This document shows, piece after piece, positions 58,272 to 64,000 of a stretch of 64,000 bases of DNA. Position 1 is the stretch's first letter, and each line of letters begins with the position of its first letter. A model generated the notes under the pieces. It searched no databases, was not told the DNA's origin, and worked only from the letters and a program-made list of their open reading frames with translations. Both the position numbers and the translations under genes were made by a program. Source of the stretch: an archaeon (GTDB lineage Archaea > Nanobdellota > Nanobdellia > Woesearchaeales > UBA9642); contig JAZDHK010000023.1 in the NCBI GenBank assembly GCA_043806035.1, positions 21,877 through 85,876 on the forward strand, written 5' to 3'.

Positions 58272-59939
58272 GTGGTAAAGATGGAAACATTTATAAGGGA
58301 GTTGGTGTTCATGCTACCAATGACGCTCGAAAACAAGGCGCTACTAACCCTCAATGGAGAAAACTCGTTCATTTCTCTCAGTGACCCTGATGTCTTTGAA
58401 GGCAGGCCGTGCATTGACCATAAGGCACTCTTCACGGTCTTGCCAAAAAAAGCCATTGACACAGAAAGCCTACTGAACGCGGACATGCAACAATTTCATA
58501 AGACCATTGACGAAACGACAACGCAGATAGGCTCTGCAACGTTCTACCGTTCCTTATGCAGTCCGCTCACGAATCCCGATGACATCATCAAGAAGCAACA
58601 TGCCGTACAAGAGCTCGAATCCAACAATTTGTTGCGGCAGCGCGTGCAGGAATATCTTGGTGAATTCGTAAAAGTGGAACGTGACCTTTTTCGATTCCTC
58701 ATGCAGGATGGAGACCGTCCGCGGGACACGTATACCATCTTCAAAAAAGCGCAGCAGGCGGCAGCTGTCTTTTCTGACTTAACGGCCAGCAATGGCGATG
58801 GCATCACGTCGGACTATCTGAAAACCCTCTTGCGACGTGTCATGACCGTTGATAATTCAAGACCCTATCGCATGCTCGTCCACAATCCTTATCTTACCTT
58901 CAATGGCGTCGTTCCTCTAAATGAGTTGAAATGGTATATACCGCGCAGGGAACTAAAACCATCCCCGTGGACGTTGGATGCTATTGCGCTTCCTCTTTTC
59001 TCGACGCTCGGCACGGGGGGCATACTCGATCTCATGAGCACAGGAATTGGCCAATACATTGCCATAGGAACGGTCTCTGTGGGTACGGCCATGGGTCTTG
59101 CCGGATATTTGTCGTGGAGAAAAAATGCCTTCTACGAGAAGGTCATGCAGCCGATAAAGACGGGCCTCCTCAATGATGCTGCTTTCAATTATGCTATGGA
59201 AGCGACGGGAACGTTGGATGAACTTCTTTCCTTCATCACCTTCAGAAAGCGCTATCCAAACATGACGTGCATGCCTAAAATTGTCGATGGTCCTGAACAA
59301 TATATCAAAACGAAGAACCTGAAAAGCCCCGTCATGATTATGCAGTCAGACCATCCCGGTTTTGACATTGACCTGAGCGAGCAGAACAACATGGTCGTTA
59401 CCGGCAGGCACAGTACGGGCAAGAGTAAGCTCGGCAGGAGATTGTTCTATGCTGCAGTCCAGGCACAGACAGGCTCGCATGTCATGGCAGATGCATTTGA
59501 GATTGTGCCCGCGGATAAGTTATTCTTCCACATGAGCATGATGGAAAGCGCAGGTGTGCAAGGCGGAGGCGTTGAGCAGGAGTTTGCCTATCTCAAGTCT
59601 ATGTGGGATCAGAGCACGCCGAAAACATTTATCATCATGCACGATGTTGGAGGGACGCTTCCTGATTCCGAGGTCATTGCCCAGGAGAAGCGGCTCATGG
59701 GTGGGTATTACCGCATGGGCGGCACGACCATCCTCATTACTTCCTATGGTCCCTTGGCAAAAGACCTGGCAGACAGTGGATTAGCTGCCTGCATCCATGC
59801 AGAACTCAGAGGAAAAGCGCCGACCGGCAGATTCGTACCCGGCATCCATCACGAAAGCAACATTGAGTACTTGCAGCAAACAAGCGTGCTCTTTACCGAT
59901 GAAGAGATCAGCTCACGTCTCGCTCAGTTTGGAAGATGA
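58272..59939 (+). CDS. MutS-related ABC ATPase (MutS domain V-like) protein
   Basis: The Walker A VTGRHSTGKSKLG (compare ITGPNMGGKST in MutS) and Walker B IIMHDVGGTLPDSE (compare LVLLDEVGRGT) are present. Confidence 0.5.
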   Translation: MVKMETFIRELVFMLPMTLENKALLTLNGENSFISLSDPDVFEGRPCIDHKALFTVLPKKAIDTESLLNADMQQFHKTIDETTTQIGSATFYRSLCSPLTNPDDIIKKQHAVQELESNNLLRQRVQEYLGEFVKVERDLFRFLMQDGDRPRDTYTIFKKAQQAAAVFSDLTASNGDGITSDYLKTLLRRVMTVDNSRPYRMLVHNPYLTFNGVVPLNELKWYIPRRELKPSPWTLDAIALPLFSTLGTGGILDLMSTGIGQYIAIGTVSVGTAMGLAGYLSWRKNAFYEKVMQPIKTGLLNDAAFNYAMEATGTLDELLSFITFRKRYPNMTCMPKIVDGPEQYIKTKNLKSPVMIMQSDHPGFDIDLSEQNNMVVTGRHSTGKSKLGRRLFYAAVQAQTGSHVMADAFEIVPADKLFFHMSMMESAGVQGGGVEQEFAYLKSMWDQSTPKTFIIMHDVGGTLPDSEVIAQEKRLMGGYYRMGGTTILITSYGPLAKDLADSGLAACIHAELRGKAPTGRFVPGIHHESNIEYLQQTSVLFTDEEISSRLAQFGR

Positions 59940-60020
59940 TCACGCAGTAACTATTTTTCATTCCGTTTTCATTCTCTTATTCGTCAATTGATTTCTTGAG
60001 TAAACTTTTTAAAAACAGCA

Positions 60021-61031
60021 ATGTATGTGCGGGATATGGTGTTGAAACCGTTCTTCAGGTATTCTGACGAGAAACTCGTCATGACCGGTGTACTGCTGGC
60101 GTGCGCCTTATTCCTCACCGGACTTGAGTTCGTGCCTTTGTTCGGCACCCTCAGGCTCCCCCTCCAGTATGCCACAAGCTATGCTGTTGCGCTCATGACG
60201 CTTGCACCTCCTCTGCTGCTCTACTTTCATGCAGTGTTCTATCTCACTATCCTGCTAACAATCATCGTATCTGTACTCACGGTAGGCTATGCGTACGTAC
60301 TGAGCTGCCTCCTCGCACTCGTACAGAAAAAGTGGCTGCGCTACGGTTTATTAGCGATACCTTGCGTGGTAGTCGTGCTGTTCTTCATCATTTCTCTCCC
60401 ATGTACTCCTCAGGTTGTCATGCACGAGCAGCCAGGAGCGGATCTGCACATGGAGAATGACGTTTTTCTCTCAATAGGCTGCACCATTGATGACCAGCAG
60501 ATCAGCTGCCCTTCGCTGAGTAAGCTTGGCTGCAGCGCTCTTTCCCTTTCACCTGACGGGTATGCGGGACTGGAAACGCCCATGCTCGTCTGCACACCCA
60601 ACAGAGGGACGGCAAGCCCTGACGCGCTCGTGGGAGAGGGCTGCATGGCACGTCGCCAACGCAGCATCATCGCCTATGCTGACGGCATCGTTGTCATGAA
60701 CACAACAACAGAGGTCAAGGCATTCTTTGCACCCATCACTCGTCCTGAGCAGGCGTTGAGTTATGCTGCACTCGTGACGGACAGTTATCCTCTCTATAGT
60801 TTAGAGAAAAGAGCAGGTTACAAATACATCGTGCGGCAAGTCGATTTGTCGTACGTGAATGCCACGTCTTCAGGATTCATCGTGCATCTTTTCAGAGATG
60901 ATCATTGCGGGTGCGGACCGAAAGGAAGGGCCGCTGTTGATTATTTGGTGAGCGATGAGGGGAAGATAACCCTGCTCAACCAGCAAGTGATTGAGGAGGA
61001 TCTTTCATTGCGGCGTGCATGCGTCGATTGA
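60021..61031 (+). CDS. membrane protein with Cys-rich extracytoplasmic domain
   Basis: About four TM helices are followed by a Cys-rich soluble part. Confidence 0.4.
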   Translation: MYVRDMVLKPFFRYSDEKLVMTGVLLACALFLTGLEFVPLFGTLRLPLQYATSYAVALMTLAPPLLLYFHAVFYLTILLTIIVSVLTVGYAYVLSCLLALVQKKWLRYGLLAIPCVVVVLFFIISLPCTPQVVMHEQPGADLHMENDVFLSIGCTIDDQQISCPSLSKLGCSALSLSPDGYAGLETPMLVCTPNRGTASPDALVGEGCMARRQRSIIAYADGIVVMNTTTEVKAFFAPITRPEQALSYAALVTDSYPLYSLEKRAGYKYIVRQVDLSYVNATSSGFIVHLFRDDHCGCGPKGRAAVDYLVSDEGKITLLNQQVIEEDLSLRRACVD

Positions 61032-61105
61032 CTGAGCTCTGCTGCCTTGCCGAATCGAAAGCTTTTTAATTCTCCACCTTGATTTTTCCCGCGTGACGTA
61101 GGTGA

Positions 61106-61531
61106 GTGACTATGATTACTGGTGTTATGGCAATAGTTTATGACGACATGGGCGATCCGTTCTACCTCATTTTCAAAAGGAACAGCAACTGGAAGGGATG
61201 GGAATTCTTGAAAGGCAAGATCAAGGGGGGAGAGACTCCCGAGCAGGCGGTGGAGCGCACTATAAAAGAAGATGCAGGTCTTGGCAAGTACAAGATGAAG
61301 AAGAAGCTCAGCCAGACGAGGAAATATGCAAAGAACGGCACGGAACAGGAACTCGCTGTCTTCCTCATAGAATCAGAAACGTACATTCCCGTGAAGAACT
61401 ACAAGGTGAGCAAGAAGCATGACAGCTACATCTGGGTGAAGGAAGGGGAAGTGCTCCAGAAGCTCAATTGGGACAATGAGAAGGACATATTCAAGATAGC
61501 GACAGACATCATCAAGAAGAAGAGCTTCTGA
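61106..61531 (+). CDS. NUDIX hydrolase
   Basis: The Nudix box is GKIKGGETPEQAVERTIKEDAGL. Confidence 0.75.
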   Translation: MTMITGVMAIVYDDMGDPFYLIFKRNSNWKGWEFLKGKIKGGETPEQAVERTIKEDAGLGKYKMKKKLSQTRKYAKNGTEQELAVFLIESETYIPVKNYKVSKKHDSYIWVKEGEVLQKLNWDNEKDIFKIATDIIKKKSF

Positions 61532-61628
61532 ATGAGACTATGCATGAGACTGTTGTTGAAGAATTTCTAAAGATGCCACTTGCGCAGAGTTATAATTCTT
61601 TATATAGGGTTGTGTTCTAGACTGCACC

Positions 61629-62954
61629 GTGGTTGGCGTATTCAAAACGTATGACATCCGTGGGCTGTACCCTGATGAGTTAAGTGAGGAAAAGGCATTC
61701 TTCATAGGCAGAACCATACAGCGCATCCTGCATCCGAAACGAGTTGTCATCGGGTATGACATGCGGAAAAGCTCCAGGCGATACTTGCACGAGCTCACGC
61801 ACGCCCTCACGTCAGCGGAAATAACGGTTATCGGCAGGACCAGTTCGCCATTGCTGTACTTCAGCACCATCCACGGCCAATACAATCTGGGCATCATGCT
61901 CACCGCATCGCACAATCCTGCAGCGTATGGAGGAATAAAATTCATGCTGCCAAACGGCATGCCTGTTGCGAAAGGCAGCGGTATGGAATTGCTCGAGAGG
62001 CATTATCTTGAAAAGAAAGAACAATTTCCCCGTCGGGCAAAGATACAGCATTGCAGTTACCTCAAGGAATACATTGCACGCATCCGCGGAGCAGTCCAGC
62101 CAGGAAAGCAGCTCAAAATCGTCGTCGATTACGGTAATGGCATCATGCATGCCGTAGCAAAACATTTTTGGCATCATCTCCCCTGGGTGAGGGTCATCGA
62201 ACTCAATGAAAAACCCGATGGCAATTTTCCACATCACATCCCCAATCCTGTAATGCCCGAGAACATGCGAGAGTTACAAGCCGCCGTAAAAAAACACAAG
62301 GCAGATTTGGGCATAGCATTCGATGGTGACGGAGATAGAGTGGGTTTTGTCGATGAGCAAGGACACATTGTCCCGAACGATCTCGCCTGCCTGGTGTTAG
62401 TGCTGAATGAATTCAGGACGACACGTAATGCATGGACAGTATATCATGACTTCCGTTTCAGCCCCGTCTTTGAAGAGGTCATCAAGGCGGCAGGAGGAAG
62501 GGCAGAGAAGAGCCATGTGGGGACGCTCTATTACAAAAAAAGGCTCATCAGGGAAGGGGGTGTCTTGGGATGCGAGTATTCCGGGCATATCATGTATAGG
62601 GATAACGACAGCATCGATGATGGCCTGTACGCTGCAGCGAAAATGCTGCACTTGCTTGGCGAGAGTTCGAAGAAATGCAGCCAGCTCATCGCTCCTTTCG
62701 ACGAGTACCTGCCATTAGCAGAGTCAAACTATCCTCTGCACGACCTTGACCGGGTCATTGTTGCACTGCGAAAAAAGTTTGCGGGTTGTCACGTTGATTT
62801 TTTTGAGGGCGTCTCTGTGCGAGGCAAGGGATTCTGGTTCAACCTGCGCAAGAGCAACACAGAACCAGTACTGCGGGTCAGCGTGCTCGCCAAGACACGG
62901 CGGCAGGCGGCGCATATTGAAAAAACGCTTGCAACCATTATCAAAAGAGCATAA
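61629..62954 (+). CDS. phosphomannomutase/phosphoglucomutase (alpha-D-phosphohexomutase)
   Basis: The active-site TASHNP and GDGDR are present. Confidence 0.85.
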   Translation: MVGVFKTYDIRGLYPDELSEEKAFFIGRTIQRILHPKRVVIGYDMRKSSRRYLHELTHALTSAEITVIGRTSSPLLYFSTIHGQYNLGIMLTASHNPAAYGGIKFMLPNGMPVAKGSGMELLERHYLEKKEQFPRRAKIQHCSYLKEYIARIRGAVQPGKQLKIVVDYGNGIMHAVAKHFWHHLPWVRVIELNEKPDGNFPHHIPNPVMPENMRELQAAVKKHKADLGIAFDGDGDRVGFVDEQGHIVPNDLACLVLVLNEFRTTRNAWTVYHDFRFSPVFEEVIKAAGGRAEKSHVGTLYYKKRLIREGGVLGCEYSGHIMYRDNDSIDDGLYAAAKMLHLLGESSKKCSQLIAPFDEYLPLAESNYPLHDLDRVIVALRKKFAGCHVDFFEGVSVRGKGFWFNLRKSNTEPVLRVSVLAKTRRQAAHIEKTLATIIKRA

Positions 62955-63042
62955 AGTTTATAAATAAATTGCCTCTTCCTTAGGAGTGGAGAGAAGAAGA
63001 ACCTTTGCGAGCGCATGTGCTGCGTTCACTTCTCTAATAACA

Positions 63043-63369
63043 ATGAAAATGAAAGTATTGCTGCCCAGCATGAAAGAACGGGCAAGATATCTCGTATATG
63101 AGATGAACACAGCAGGAAACATCCAGCATGCTCAGGTCATCGAGGCCTGTAAGGCATATCTTGGCGTGTTTGACAGTGCACGAGCAGGCATCATGCCGGT
63201 TGCCACTAGAGCAAATAGAGGCATATTGCGATTGAGTCATGACCTTCTGGATAAAGTACGCGTAAGTCTTCTGCTTATCAGCACACTGCATGCAACGCCT
63301 GCACGTGTGCATACGGTCTACGTTTCAGGCCTGCTCAACAAGGCAAAAGCATACTTGACAACACAATGA
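63043..63369 (+). CDS. rnp2: RNase P protein component Pop5 (Rnp2)
   Basis: MKMKVLLPSMKERARYLVYEM and the position immediately upstream of psmA follow the conserved archaeal arrangement. Confidence 0.6.
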   Translation: MKMKVLLPSMKERARYLVYEMNTAGNIQHAQVIEACKAYLGVFDSARAGIMPVATRANRGILRLSHDLLDKVRVSLLLISTLHATPARVHTVYVSGLLNKAKAYLTTQ

Positions 63370-63401
63370 GAACGACGATTGAGATAATGAGGTGGAACTA
63401 A

Positions 63402-64000
63402 TGCAACCAGTGCAGCACCAAATGATGGGATACGACCGTGCGATAACCATGTTCTCTCCTGACGGGAGACTCCTCCAGGTGGAATATGCGAAGAAAACAG
63501 TGAAGCAAGGCAGTCCTGCAATAGGCATAACGTGCAAGGACGGCGTCGTGCTCATCGCGGACAAGAGAGTCCTTGAGCCATTAATCGTGAACGACCAGAT
63601 AGAGAAGATCTGGCCCATCGAGGAACATATCGTGGCGACGGCTGCAGGCATCCTCAGCGACGCACGTGTCCTCATCGAACGTGCGCAGGTAAAGGCCCAG
63701 CAGCACAAGGTGACATACGGCAGCCCCGTCGACATCTTAACTATTGTCAAAGACATCGCGGACCTGGAGCAGATGTGCACGCAATCAGGAGGACTCAGGC
63801 CATTTGGTGTGAGCATGCTAATTGCAGGCGTCGATGCAAATGGCATCAGGCTGTTCGAGACAAACCCTACAGGCATATTCTTTCCCTACTACGCTACAGC
63901 GATAGGCGAGTTCGACACGGAGATCAAGGAATACTTGGGCAAGAACTACAAGCAGAGCATGAGCATGGATGACGCCATCAAGCTCGGCATCCAGGCACTC
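63402..64000 (+). CDS. psmA: proteasome subunit alpha (3' partial, runs off window)
   Basis: The product is MQPVQHQMMGYDRAITMFSPDGRLLQVEYA.... Confidence 0.9.

Overview
This window reads as archaeal chromosome at about 50% GC, dense with housekeeping genes, and it contains several accessory insertions. The archaeal assignment rests on recognisable markers: Tfb, aIF5B, aEF-1beta, ribosomal proteins S3Ae and L37Ae, RpoP, Pcc1, prefoldin beta, Pop5 next to proteasome alpha, Trm1, archaeal-type TrpRS and TIM, and pilins with class III signal peptides. I could not place the lineage more precisely; a small-genome archaeon is plausible, and bacterial-type gyrB and topA are also present. Core genes I recognised include tpiA, acd beta and alpha, trxB, ileS, trpS, tfb, gpmA, pyrF, trm1, infB, topA, gyrB, rps3ae and psmA (the last is partial at the window edge). 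One tRNA-Pro(UGG) carries a putative 30-nt intron in the T-loop. The features I think deserve a second look are: (1) two copies of a 123-bp MITE-like element with perfect 12-bp terminal inverted repeats and 9-bp target-site duplications, sharing identical flanks but a completely different 23-nt core; (2) a bacterial-type Lgt homologue with an intact signature motif together with at least four lipobox-like secreted proteins, several in low-GC islets; (3) an island between trm1 and infB encoding a ribbon-helix-helix protein followed by a large protein that fuses a GHKL ATPase to a C-terminal HELGH metallopeptidase motif; (4) the AmmeMemoRadiSam trio; (5) a tandem small-membrane-protein plus pilin cassette duplication at the window start; (6) a truncated dph2 remnant beside a low-GC lipoprotein gene; (7) a protein with tandem Ada-type zinc-binding domains; (8) a MutS-like ATPase, radical SAM and HD-domain cluster. 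I found no CRISPR array and no rRNA. Every call below is from reading the sequence and motif recall only; no database search was run.
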